From assembly GCF_000015225.1 (NCBI RefSeq), contig NC_008698.1, forward strand, positions 1,650,001 through 1,682,000: 32,000 bases of DNA. The letters are read 5' to 3'. Position numbers and translations under genes: made by a program. The notes beneath the pieces were generated by a model. The model was not told the DNA's origin. It did no database searches and saw only the letters and a list, made by a program, of their open reading frames with translations. Below, one piece after another: positions 7,793 to 16,470 of the stretch. This DNA comes from Thermofilum pendens Hrk 5 (GTDB lineage Archaea; Thermoproteota; Thermoprotei; Thermofilales; Thermofilaceae). The first letter of the stretch is position 1. Each line of letters begins with the position of its first letter.

Positions 7793-9883
7793 TTACTCCC
7801 GCAGGTATAGCAGAGTTTTTAGTAGTATGCTTCTGCTCTGCGGGTGCAGTACCGTAATCTCGAGTTTTCTTGAAAAGAATATGCCTATGTCGAGATCTCT
7901 AACTTTACTTGGAATCTCTACCTTTACCTCGTTGAGCCCTTGCACGATGTTCATGACGACGACTCTTGAGACGCTATCGAGTCCCTGCAGTATGATTAGC
8001 GTGTTGTTGTACTGTTCCTCCGAATTTACTCCTAGCGTGACGACGTATTTTTGCCTAATGCCGCTGGCGTTTACTACGACTTCTAGTTTTGCATACTCTA
8101 ATTTCACGCTGCTTGGGCTCTGCTTTAAGCGTTCTCCCTCAAAAATGGTAACTGTATAGTTTGCCCCGCATGTTTGGCCGGGGATATTCCTGCATGAAAA
8201 CATCGATTTCATGTAGTTGTAAGCCCCGACGCGGTAACTTACCCAGGATGGAATGACGTTGCTCGTGAAAGCAACGCACACCTCGAGCCCCGAGCCTAGC
8301 AATACTTGTGCTTCTCTCTGAGAAAGAGGAGAGTTCACCACGACGATGCCCGGCGGCAGGTAGAGCTTCAGTTGCGGTATATTTGTCAACACAATGGAGG
8401 ACCCGCAGTTTGCCTCGCCGAGCTTTGCCAGAAGCTCGTGCACGCCGTGTTGCCTTAGGTAAGCGTTTTTCTCGAAGGTTACCCTAAAGGTTTCGTATGA
8501 ATTGGCAAGCAGAAGTACTGTTACTAAGACCAGGGCTATGGCACGCTGTGTTCTCACAGGAATCCTCGAGTGCACTTTCTCTACTACGAGGAGCATAAGA
8601 GCAGAGGCTACGAGGCCGTTCACCCAAAGCGTACGTTCTAGGAAGTTGTAGAGAGATGAGCCTGGTACCTGGAAGGTTGCCTTGTAATTAAGGCTTACGA
8701 TGTACTCGGCGTAGAGCAGTAACTGAGATGCTACGAAAGCCGCGACGACTACTTGGGTATTGCTCCGCGTAACTGCGTAGAGGGCAGTAAGGCCCGTTAC
8801 TTCCAAGATTACGAAGGCTAAAAGGCTGTTACGAGCTAGATCCCAGAGGTTTCCGTTGAGTATATGAAAATAGAACACTGGAAGAAGAAGGAATAACAAG
8901 AGTGATAACATTATGCCGTGCCTGCGTTCTTTCCAGAAGAGAAGGGGGGAGAGCAACGCTAGCGAGGAGAGGAGCGGGCTGTACACATCGACGCTCAGCG
9001 TGTTCACGAGGTAGAGGTATTTTTCGTGTATGGGTATATCGTACCACAGCCTTCCGGGAGAGAAGGGGGTCTTATAAAAGAAGTTTACCAGAAGCCCGAG
9101 CGGGGACACGAAAACGTATCGAGAAAACACCCTGTTGAGGTTCAGGTCGTGAAGTACGTAGTACGTTATGTGTGCCGGGACGTCTAGAAGGAGCTCGTAG
9201 GCTACGGGAAGAGCAATTGCAACTATGAAAAGTGTCTTGTGCCACTTTGAGAGGCGCCAATACTTTTTCCATGCAAAGACTACGACTAAGAGAATCCAAT
9301 GAGCAATTACTAGAAGCATGTTAAGTTTTACCAATAGGGCTAAGGCTGCTACTATGTAAGATTTGAGGATCCCTGTGAGCTTGGCCCATCTTCTAAGGGA
9401 CCATATAAGGTAGTAGATCGAGAGTAGGGATAGCGATGCAAACGCGAAGTCCGTCAAGTAAAAGTTGAAGTACACTACGGCGAACGGGTTAAATGCGACC
9501 GCGGTCCACAGGATCAGCGCTTCTGGAAAATCTACAAGTTCCCGTATTAACATGTAGGTGGACGCAAGGTAGACGAGGAGGAAGGGGAGGTTGACTACCG
9601 GTGCTGGGGGTACAGCGGTTCCTGACGCCGCCTCGACGAATGCGAGGTACAGTTGCCATAGTAGTCTACCCTTAACTACCGCCGTGTAAGGTCTCACGGG
9701 GTCGTAGTCGAAGGGTAACAGTATTCCGTAGCGCAAGAAATCCTGAGCATTGCTCAGATACACGAGCTCATCTGGTGTTAGAACATCACGACCAGGAGAG
9801 AGAGCAAAGTATACAGATGAATATATTATTACAAGAAAAGCTACAAACATTTTTTCTGAAGTTAAAGCTTTAATTTTAAGCAT
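7793..9883 (-). CDS. Polytopic membrane protein, GT-C-like (ArnT/PMT-type) glycosyltransferase candidate with a C-terminal soluble domain, 696 aa
   Basis: More than 10 hydrophobic segments span residues ~10-450. A first-loop acidic motif (TPDELVYLSNAQ) resembles the D/E-E loop-1 motif of GT-C enzymes. A C-terminal non-membrane domain of ~220 aa follows. The gene is AT-rich. Confidence 0.6.
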   Translation of the reverse strand: MLKIKALTSEKMFVAFLVIIYSSVYFALSPGRDVLTPDELVYLSNAQDFLRYGILLPFDYDPVRPYTAVVKGRLLWQLYLAFVEAASGTAVPPAPVVNLPFLLVYLASTYMLIRELVDFPEALILWTAVAFNPFAVVYFNFYLTDFAFASLSLLSIYYLIWSLRRWAKLTGILKSYIVAALALLVKLNMLLVIAHWILLVVVFAWKKYWRLSKWHKTLFIVAIALPVAYELLLDVPAHITYYVLHDLNLNRVFSRYVFVSPLGLLVNFFYKTPFSPGRLWYDIPIHEKYLYLVNTLSVDVYSPLLSSLALLSPLLFWKERRHGIMLSLLLFLLLPVFYFHILNGNLWDLARNSLLAFVILEVTGLTALYAVTRSNTQVVVAAFVASQLLLYAEYIVSLNYKATFQVPGSSLYNFLERTLWVNGLVASALMLLVVEKVHSRIPVRTQRAIALVLVTVLLLANSYETFRVTFEKNAYLRQHGVHELLAKLGEANCGSSIVLTNIPQLKLYLPPGIVVVNSPLSQREAQVLLGSGLEVCVAFTSNVIPSWVSYRVGAYNYMKSMFSCRNIPGQTCGANYTVTIFEGERLKQSPSSVKLEYAKLEVVVNASGIRQKYVVTLGVNSEEQYNNTLIILQGLDSVSRVVVMNIVQGLNEVKVEIPSKVRDLDIGIFFSRKLEITVLHPQSRSILLKTLLYLRE

Positions 9884-9972
9884 GCGTTTTAAACATTTTT
9901 AGTTATCGTATGCAAAAAAGGAATTCTTTCGCAAGTTCGAAAAGCGAATCCTTGGGCATCTCAGCACTACAG

Positions 9973-11316
9973 TTACTCGGTGTATATGCCTAAGCCGTAG
10001 TATTTGAAGCCGGCTTTGCTAGCCTTTACCGCGTCTATTATGTGCCTGCAGTCGATAACGACGCGACGCGCCATGGTCTCTCCCAACCGCTCAAAGCACA
10101 GATTCCTGTAGTCGCCCCAGTCAGTGGCTACAACGATAGCATCGCATCTCCTCGCACACTCGTAGACGTCGCTGAAGAACGCAACGTTTCCAATACCTTG
10201 GAGGACTCTTTTAGCGGCATCAAGGGCCAAGGGGTCATGGGCATGCAACACAGCTCCCTCCTTGGCAAGCCTCTTCACCAGCTTTATCGACTGGCTTTCA
10301 CGCACATCGTCAGTACCGGGCTTGAATGCTAAGCCGAGGACAGCTATTCTTTTACCCCTAAGGTCCCCGAGAGCCCTTCTGAGGAGCTCTAAAGCCTCGT
10401 CTATTTGCGTCTCGTTAACCTCGAGAATCGCTTCGAGAAGCTTGGCGTCAACGCCTAGGCTTTTCGCCAGTTTTATTAACGCCCTCAAATCTTTAGGCAG
10501 ACACGAACCCCCGAAGCCGAGGCCAGCATCGAGGAAATCCCTGCCTATCCTAGGATCCAGACCTATGCCACTGGCGACCTCAATAACGTCCCCTCGAGGT
10601 AGGCGTTGTGCGATTCTGGCTATCAAATTAATGAAGCTAACCTTCATGGCTAAGAAAGCGTTTGCCGCGTACTTTATCAGCTCAGCGTTAACAATACTTG
10701 TTCTGATAACCGGCGGCATCTTCTCGCCGTGGAACCTTCTGTATACGCTCTCAAGGATGTCACCACTTCTCTTATCGTACTCACCAATGACGATCCTAGC
10801 CGGGTTAAAGATGTCGTAGAGGGCCTTGCCCTCTCTTAAGAACTCCGGGTTCATGCATAGGCCAAAGTCTCTGCCGCATATCTTACCGGATCTCTCCTCA
10901 ATGATCCTCTTAACTACGCCCTCAGTGGTCCCCGGGAGAACCGTACTCCTAACAACGATAAGCTTGTAACCACCTTCATCCTTTAGCGCCCTGCCAATGT
11001 CCTCTGAGGCGTTTTCCAATTGCGTCAAGTCTAGCGACCCGTCGGCTTTCGTTGGCGTGCCAACGAACACAAACACCACGTCCGATTCCTCAATAGCTTT
11101 GGCGACGCTGGTAGTGGCCTTGAAAAGACCTCTCTCTAAGACACCTTTCAAATAATCATTGAGGGCTGGTTCATACACCGGGCTCACGCCCTTATTTATC
11201 AGCTCGACCTTCTCCTCATCAGTATCTACTCCCACTACCTTGAACCCCCGGTGGGCTAGGGCAACGGCAAAGGGCAGACCCGCGTAACCGAGGCCTATTA
11301 CTGCCACTCTATCCAT
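9973..11316 (-). CDS. Nucleotide-sugar 6-dehydrogenase (UDP-ManNAc / UDP-glucose dehydrogenase family)
   Basis: It has an N-terminal NAD fold (VAVIGLGYAGLPFAVALAHRGFKVVGVDTDEEKV) and the catalytic Cys motif GFGGSCLPKD. It is full length for the family (447 aa). The GLGYxGLP form together with the neighbouring wecB favours a WecC-like UDP-ManNAc dehydrogenase, but specificity cannot be settled from sequence alone. Confidence 0.9.
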   Translation of the reverse strand: MDRVAVIGLGYAGLPFAVALAHRGFKVVGVDTDEEKVELINKGVSPVYEPALNDYLKGVLERGLFKATTSVAKAIEESDVVFVFVGTPTKADGSLDLTQLENASEDIGRALKDEGGYKLIVVRSTVLPGTTEGVVKRIIEERSGKICGRDFGLCMNPEFLREGKALYDIFNPARIVIGEYDKRSGDILESVYRRFHGEKMPPVIRTSIVNAELIKYAANAFLAMKVSFINLIARIAQRLPRGDVIEVASGIGLDPRIGRDFLDAGLGFGGSCLPKDLRALIKLAKSLGVDAKLLEAILEVNETQIDEALELLRRALGDLRGKRIAVLGLAFKPGTDDVRESQSIKLVKRLAKEGAVLHAHDPLALDAAKRVLQGIGNVAFFSDVYECARRCDAIVVATDWGDYRNLCFERLGETMARRVVIDCRHIIDAVKASKAGFKYYGLGIYTE

Positions 11317-12199
11317 CGCTCATCACCGAGACCAGCATCCTGCGCACCGCCAGCTGGTAGCTCTCATAAAGTGCCTTCCAATAGCTCTGTGGAGTCCCCA
11401 CGTCGAGCCTCCTCTCGCCAGGCTTGAGCTTTACGGCGCAGACATCGCATCCGTCATCGATCATAGCCTTAATGGCCGCTGTGAGCTGAACCTCTCCACC
11501 GCTGTCAGGCTTAACGTTCCTTAAATACGAGAATATCTTGGGCTTAAACGCGTAGACGGCTATAGCGGCTATATTTGTAGGGGGTTCTCTCGGCTTCTCG
11601 ATAATATCTAGGACGCGTAATATGCTTCCGTAATCGTTCACAACCTTGCCCCTGAGTACGCCGTAAGCCCGCGGATCCTCGACATCCTCCGCGAGCAATG
11701 TAGCGTCGCAATCGTACTCTTGAAATACCTTAACGAGCCTCCTCAAATGGTTGTGCCCCTCGCTAATCACGGCATCGTCGCCTGCATGGACGATAAAGGG
11801 ATCAGCCCCCACGAAGGGCTCAGCCCTGAGCACGGCGTCGCCAAAGCCACGCGGCTCAGGCTGATTTATAAAAAATATCTTCGCATTGCGGATCGCGGAG
11901 TAGAACTTCATCAGCTCGTTAGCCCTATTCTCGACCCCCTTAGCCCGGAGCACCTCTATGAAGTCTGCATCGGGAGTAAAGTAGTCCTCAATAGCACGCT
12001 TGCTTTTGCCAACGATAAAACACACTTCTGAGACCCCCACACCGAGCAACGACTCGAAAACAATGTGTATGATCGGCTTAAGGCCTACAGCGTTGTCCGA
12101 CACTGAGAAAAGTGGCAACATCTCCTTAGGTAGCTCTTTAGTGATGGGCAGTAGTCTCGTGCCCAAGCCGGCAGCTGTGATCACAGCCTTCTTCAACAT
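11309..12199 (-). CDS. galU: UTP-glucose-1-phosphate uridylyltransferase
   Basis: The N-terminal motif AVITAAGLGTRLLPITKELPKEMLPL is typical of GalU. I prefer the ATG at 12199 over the TTG at 12205 in the track. CATATAAT lies ~31 nt upstream on the minus strand. The stop overlaps the dehydrogenase start by 8 nt. Confidence 0.85.
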   Translation of the reverse strand: MLKKAVITAAGLGTRLLPITKELPKEMLPLFSVSDNAVGLKPIIHIVFESLLGVGVSEVCFIVGKSKRAIEDYFTPDADFIEVLRAKGVENRANELMKFYSAIRNAKIFFINQPEPRGFGDAVLRAEPFVGADPFIVHAGDDAVISEGHNHLRRLVKVFQEYDCDATLLAEDVEDPRAYGVLRGKVVNDYGSILRVLDIIEKPREPPTNIAAIAVYAFKPKIFSYLRNVKPDSGGEVQLTAAIKAMIDDGCDVCAVKLKPGERRLDVGTPQSYWKALYESYQLAVRRMLVSVMSDG

Positions 12200-12337
12200 A
12201 AACAACTGTCTAATTAGCGCACATTATATGAATTTTTGCCCTGCTCCCCCGTCGTATGCACAGAAAGGCTTTACGCTCTTCTTCGTGCGCTTCATCATTG
12301 CCTCACTGTAATGATAGAGAACTTAGAGTTGTTCGCG

Positions 12338-12432
12338 CGCCGACGCAAACCCAGCTAGGCTCGTACAGGAGTACAGAAAACTGCTAGAAAAGCCACCAGC
12401 CCCACAACCCGGGCTACTCGGCGACGGAAAGC
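12338..12432 (+). repeat. Orphan copy of the wecB 3' region (matches 5144-5240)
   Basis: By-eye alignment shows 2 substitutions (GCC->GCT, synonymous; AAA->AGA, K->R in the wecB frame) and an A-run one base shorter. The copy is joined directly to the dehydrogenase fragment listed next. Confidence 0.9.
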
Positions 12433-12585
12433 TCGAAAGCGAATCCTTGGGCATCTCAGCACTACAGTTACTCGGTGTATATGCCTAAGCCGTAGTATTT
12501 GAAGCCGGCTTTGCTAGCCTTTACCGCGTCTATTATGTGCCTGCAGTCGATAACGACGCGACGCGCCATGGTCTCTCCCAACCGC
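12433..12585 (-). repeat. Orphan copy of the dehydrogenase 3' end plus 36 bp of its downstream flank (matches 9937-10090)
   Basis: Positions 12447-12585 are identical by eye to 9952-10090. The edge differs only by an A-run one base shorter. The fragment covers the last 39 codons and the stop of the dehydrogenase gene. Confidence 0.9.
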
Positions 12586-12792
12586 GCGCGTCCCGTAAAC
12601 ATCCTTAAATATATTTTTATGTAGGATTATTTTCGACAGGAAAAAGCTTGGTAAAATTAAAAATAGTAATAATGCTACAGGAATAGATGCCCCTAACTTA
12701 TATGCAGTTGAAAGAACATAAACGGCAACAAGTACCATTAAGATAGCAACTTCGATTGTCCGCTCTGACAAATTTTCACCCCTCGGAAACAT
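12514..12792 (-). CDS. Hypothetical small membrane protein (about 92 aa from the internal ATG)
   Basis: From MFPRGENLSERTIEV there are two hydrophobic segments (AILMVLVAVYVLSTA, IPVALLLFLILPSFFL). The C-terminal ~25 codons read into the duplicated dehydrogenase fragment, so the present end is probably not native. The N-terminal part of the 151-aa track ORF overlaps the GT4 gene out of frame and I discard it. Confidence 0.25.
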   Translation of the reverse strand: MFPRGENLSERTIEVAILMVLVAVYVLSTAYKLGASIPVALLLFLILPSFFLSKIILHKNIFKDVYGTRAVGRDHGASRRYRLQAHNRRGKG

Positions 12793-13984
12793 ATTCAATA
12801 AATCTCTTAACACTATAATCGTATAGATAAGGTTTAAAAAGATCAAAACTAGGCAACTTGATAGTATCTGAACCTGATTCGCGCAGAATCCTAGCAATAG
12901 TTTCAGCGAAAGCCTTAGGATCCCTCCTTGACGTATAGAGCCCTTTTTCTCTAAAAGCCGAGCTTTCATACACGGGGAGCTCGGTAGCTACAACAGGTAT
13001 TCCCAGGGCTAATGCCTCAATAACCTTTATCGGCATAATAGTTGCTGTAGTTTCTGTCGATACACGAGGAAGAACCATCACATCGAAGTCTCTTCTAGCT
13101 ATGCACAGGGCAACAGGATGACTAACGAATCCTGTTATTTCGACAGGCACTCCTAGCTTCGTACATTCCTTGAGGAGCTGGCGCTTTAAGGGACCGTCAC
13201 CGACAACCTTTAGCTTCGCCTTATAGCCTAAACGATTGAGCTCGGCAACTATACTGCACAGCATGTCTACACCCTGCCATGGAGCTAAAAATCCAAGAAA
13301 TCCCACCGTCACCTCGTTCTCCGTTTTTGTTTTCCTTCTGCATATGCGCCTTACAATTTTTACTGTGTTTAGCATTATACCTGGAGGTATTACAATTATT
13401 CTTTTAGGTAAAACCTTCTTTCTAAGAACAAGAGACTTAGCAAAATCAGCCGAGTGCGTTATTATCCCCGCCGTTCGTTCTAAGACGTGTCTGTCAATAG
13501 AATTTATTAACATTAACGTCAGCTGTCGCAACAGTACTTGGTAAATTCCATCTTCAAGAATAGCGGCTATTTTTACAAAACATTTCCTCGCTAAGCGTGG
13601 AGAAAATGCAAGCAGTAATGCTAACCTAGAGTCTCTCACATAGATTATATCAAAATGTATCATCATATCAAGCGTTAGCGTTAAAATATATATCATCAAA
13701 GAGTAAAATATAAAAATTATTAAGTTCATCAAATATAAAAAATCCGAGGGTAATAATGCAAAAGGAAGCAAGATTATTCTCGTATTAGAAGGCCTATCAA
13801 GTAGATATTTTTTATACTCACGGCTAATAACGTACCTCAGTCCTACAGGTGCGATAATAAACACGTTCCTTGCATGCTTTGCAAGACTCATTGCAACTTG
13901 CCACTCGTTTATTACATCTCCTGTGGATCCTACAATTGCACTTATAAACAGCAACGTTTTCTTATTCTTATTTATGCTTCCCAT
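12776..13984 (-). CDS. Family 4 (GT-B) glycosyltransferase, very AT-rich
   Basis: The C-terminal half matches the GT4 pattern (VGFLGFLAPWQGVD, KLKVVGDGPL, IMPIKVIEALALGIPVVATELPVY). I prefer the ATG at 13984 (MGSINKNKKTLLFIS) over the track start at 14092. It has an unusual hydrophobic insert (LMNLIIFIFYSLMIYILTLTL). Confidence 0.8.
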   Translation of the reverse strand: MGSINKNKKTLLFISAIVGSTGDVINEWQVAMSLAKHARNVFIIAPVGLRYVISREYKKYLLDRPSNTRIILLPFALLPSDFLYLMNLIIFIFYSLMIYILTLTLDMMIHFDIIYVRDSRLALLLAFSPRLARKCFVKIAAILEDGIYQVLLRQLTLMLINSIDRHVLERTAGIITHSADFAKSLVLRKKVLPKRIIVIPPGIMLNTVKIVRRICRRKTKTENEVTVGFLGFLAPWQGVDMLCSIVAELNRLGYKAKLKVVGDGPLKRQLLKECTKLGVPVEITGFVSHPVALCIARRDFDVMVLPRVSTETTATIMPIKVIEALALGIPVVATELPVYESSAFREKGLYTSRRDPKAFAETIARILRESGSDTIKLPSFDLFKPYLYDYSVKRFIEYVSEG

Positions 13985-14146
13985 TCTTCTAGCCCCCTCT
14001 TGCTGAGGGTTGTAGGGGTAAATATTCTTAGAACCCCGACCGAGTGCCCCATCTTGGACCACTTCTCGGCAAAGAAGCCTACCCTCGCCCAAGCCGCGCC
14101 TGGGAACGGATTCGGGAAGCCGAGGAAAAGCAAAATTCTCATGCGA

Positions 14147-15331
14147 CTAATCTAGCTTGTTTTGTGACTGCTCGGTAAGCTGATTTACCAAGGTGTATTT
14201 TATGGCTTTGAGGAAGCCTTTCAGCATTTCCTCGTAGGAGTACTTCTCGCTTATTAAGCGTTTCAATTCCATTCCGATAGCCTTTCTTTTATTGGCATCC
14301 ATTGCTAAAAGTTTTAGGCTTTTGGCTAGTTCTTCAACGTTTCCTGGAGGTATTACGAGTTCGGGATGTCCGAAGAGTATGTCGTATGCCGCGGCGCACG
14401 TTCTCGTGGATATTACCGGTTTCCCGGCATATGCCGCCTCGTTAACCACCATACCCCAGGCCTCGTAGTACGAAGGGTAACAAACTATGTCTGCTAGCTC
14501 GTAGTAGATTCCCCTGTCCTCTACCCTGACGAACTTAAGACTAAGCATTGTTACCTTGCTTTCAAGTTTGCTTGCCTTTACAATATCGTCAAGAAGTCTC
14601 TTGTACCAAGGATCGACGAACGTGCCGGGAATCAACAGGTGCAGGTTATATTCATTTATTTTTGTTAAAGCTTTGAGAATTAGGTGGACACCTTTTAAAG
14701 GAATTACTCTCCCAATGTAAAGTACTACGATCTTATTGTCCAAGCCTAGTTTTCTTCTAAGAGCTCTAGCCCTGTTTTTAATTTCCTCGTTTATGTCGAC
14801 GTAGCTTGCATTCGGTGCTACGAAAATCCTTCCCTTCTCGACTCCTATGTTCTTGTAAAACTCTTTGGATAGCGTGCCAGGTACTATGAGCGCATCGGCT
14901 TTTAGTGCCACCGTACGTGAGAAAGGCCATAGAAGATTTGAAAGGAGGCTGCTGTGCCAGAACCACCTCTCTTCCCACAGGATAAACTTCGCTCTTAGCA
15001 TCTTGGAGGTAAGAAAGGCTATTAGCGTGCTGGGGTACGTTGAGTCGCCGGCAATTACTAGATGTGGTCTCTGCTTTAACAAGTGGAATAAAAGTGTGAC
15101 TGGAAGCCTTATCCCTTTTATCCTAGGTCCTTTATTTATCACGAAGTCTAGTTCTTTTTCCGGTTTCTTCACGTATTCGTAGACATCATCGAAGAAGAAT
15201 TTTACATGAAAAACTCTGCTTAGTGCTTTAAATAGGGGAACCCTATAGTGGATGTAGTAGTTGTGTACGAATGCTATTCTAAGCTTTTTGCAGTATTTTC
15301 CTTTATGCGAGAATTCCTGTACCTGTTTCAC
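14147..15331 (-). CDS. Family 4 (GT-B) glycosyltransferase
   Basis: Motifs are VLYIGRVIPLKGVHLIL and PSYYEAWGMVVNEAAYAGKPVISTRTCAA. The GTG start overlaps the upstream stop as GTGA. Confidence 0.85.
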   Translation of the reverse strand: MKQVQEFSHKGKYCKKLRIAFVHNYYIHYRVPLFKALSRVFHVKFFFDDVYEYVKKPEKELDFVINKGPRIKGIRLPVTLLFHLLKQRPHLVIAGDSTYPSTLIAFLTSKMLRAKFILWEERWFWHSSLLSNLLWPFSRTVALKADALIVPGTLSKEFYKNIGVEKGRIFVAPNASYVDINEEIKNRARALRRKLGLDNKIVVLYIGRVIPLKGVHLILKALTKINEYNLHLLIPGTFVDPWYKRLLDDIVKASKLESKVTMLSLKFVRVEDRGIYYELADIVCYPSYYEAWGMVVNEAAYAGKPVISTRTCAAAYDILFGHPELVIPPGNVEELAKSLKLLAMDANKRKAIGMELKRLISEKYSYEEMLKGFLKAIKYTLVNQLTEQSQNKLD

Positions 15332-16470
15332 GAAACTTGCACCTTATAGATTGCTTCGTGAAGCATTTTCTCTATTTTTCCCACGACTACCTCTAAGTCG
15401 TAGTTCCTAACTATATATTCTCTAATTTTTTTGTTCAAGTTATAGTACTCTTGAGGCGAGCTTTCCCAAAGCCGGTAACACTCTTCTATCGCTGACACAA
15501 AGCCACGGACGTCCTCTGCGTCGACCAGCCTCCCGGTTACTCCATCCCTTACTATGTCGAGTACTCCAGGGATCTTTGAGGCGACGGCAGGTAGCCCGCA
15601 GGCTTGAGCCTCGAGAAGGCTTAGGGGCATACCCTCAGATCTGGAGGGTAGTAGGAACAAGTTTGCTTCCCTATAAATGCTCGGCATGTTTTCATGCTTC
15701 ACGTATCCTAGGAATACTACATTTTGGTATTTTTGAGCAAGCTTCTTAATGTCTTCCTCGAGGGGGCCTGAACCTACTATTGTAAACTTCACGTCGTGTA
15801 AATTTAGCTCATCGTTAATGAGGTAAATAATTCGCAGTAGGGTGTCTACACCTTTATCTTTTAAGAGTCTTCCTACAAAGACGATATTAAAGTCCTCGGA
15901 GGCAGAGGGGTCCCTGCACAGTTGGAATGTGCTCGTATCCACTCCATTGGGTATGAACTCGATCTTTTCCTCCGGTATCCCGTGGCTCTTTAGGAAGTTG
16001 CGCTGGAACCTGTTGAGCACATGTAGCTTGTCGAAGCTGTTGAACGCCGCTATGTAGAGCGGGGTGTAGAGACGCGCTAGGACGTTGTCTGCGAGCATGC
16101 AGTGGAAGACGGCAACTGCTGGCACGCTTAGCGCCTTGGACTTTTTCAGGAGGGATACTGTTAGCTCGTTGGGGGAGTACGCGGGGATGTAGAGGACGTC
16201 GTACTGCTTCGAGGGCTTGACTAGGCAACGGGGATCCACTACTGGGAAGCCTCTCGGCAGTTTTATGTAGCCGCACTTGTGTAGCTCAGCGCCGCGGTCT
16301 AGGAGCTTCGACTCGTTGCCCGCGCTGGTAGCCGGGTGCGGCGCCCAGTTGATATGCAGGACTCCGACCTCGTGCCCTCTTTTGCTGAGCCTCGTTAGCA
16401 CTTCTACTGCGAATCTTTCGCCGCCACCTGGGTAATCGATGTTTGCTGGGTTGACGTAAAGGATTTTCAT
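15328..16470 (-). CDS. Family 4 (GT-B) glycosyltransferase
   Basis: Motifs are MKILYVNP...GGGERF, FVGRLLKDKGVDTLL, and PSRSEGMPLSLLEAQACGLPAVASKIPGVLDIVRDGVTGRLV. The ATG start overlaps the upstream stop as ATGA. Confidence 0.9.
   Translation of the reverse strand: MKILYVNPANIDYPGGGERFAVEVLTRLSKRGHEVGVLHINWAPHPATSAGNESKLLDRGAELHKCGYIKLPRGFPVVDPRCLVKPSKQYDVLYIPAYSPNELTVSLLKKSKALSVPAVAVFHCMLADNVLARLYTPLYIAAFNSFDKLHVLNRFQRNFLKSHGIPEEKIEFIPNGVDTSTFQLCRDPSASEDFNIVFVGRLLKDKGVDTLLRIIYLINDELNLHDVKFTIVGSGPLEEDIKKLAQKYQNVVFLGYVKHENMPSIYREANLFLLPSRSEGMPLSLLEAQACGLPAVASKIPGVLDIVRDGVTGRLVDAEDVRGFVSAIEECYRLWESSPQEYYNLNKKIREYIVRNYDLEVVVGKIEKMLHEAIYKVQVS

Noticed and set aside
12331-12595. GCGCGC hexamers flanking the scar (also inside the 143-bp repeat and near 28715-28740) as possible recombination or recognition sites
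   Set aside because: GCGCGC is self-complementary and recurs at many places in the GC-rich parts of the window (for example near 7545, 29535 and 30595). Its presence at the junctions may be chance and cannot be evaluated without genome-wide frequencies.
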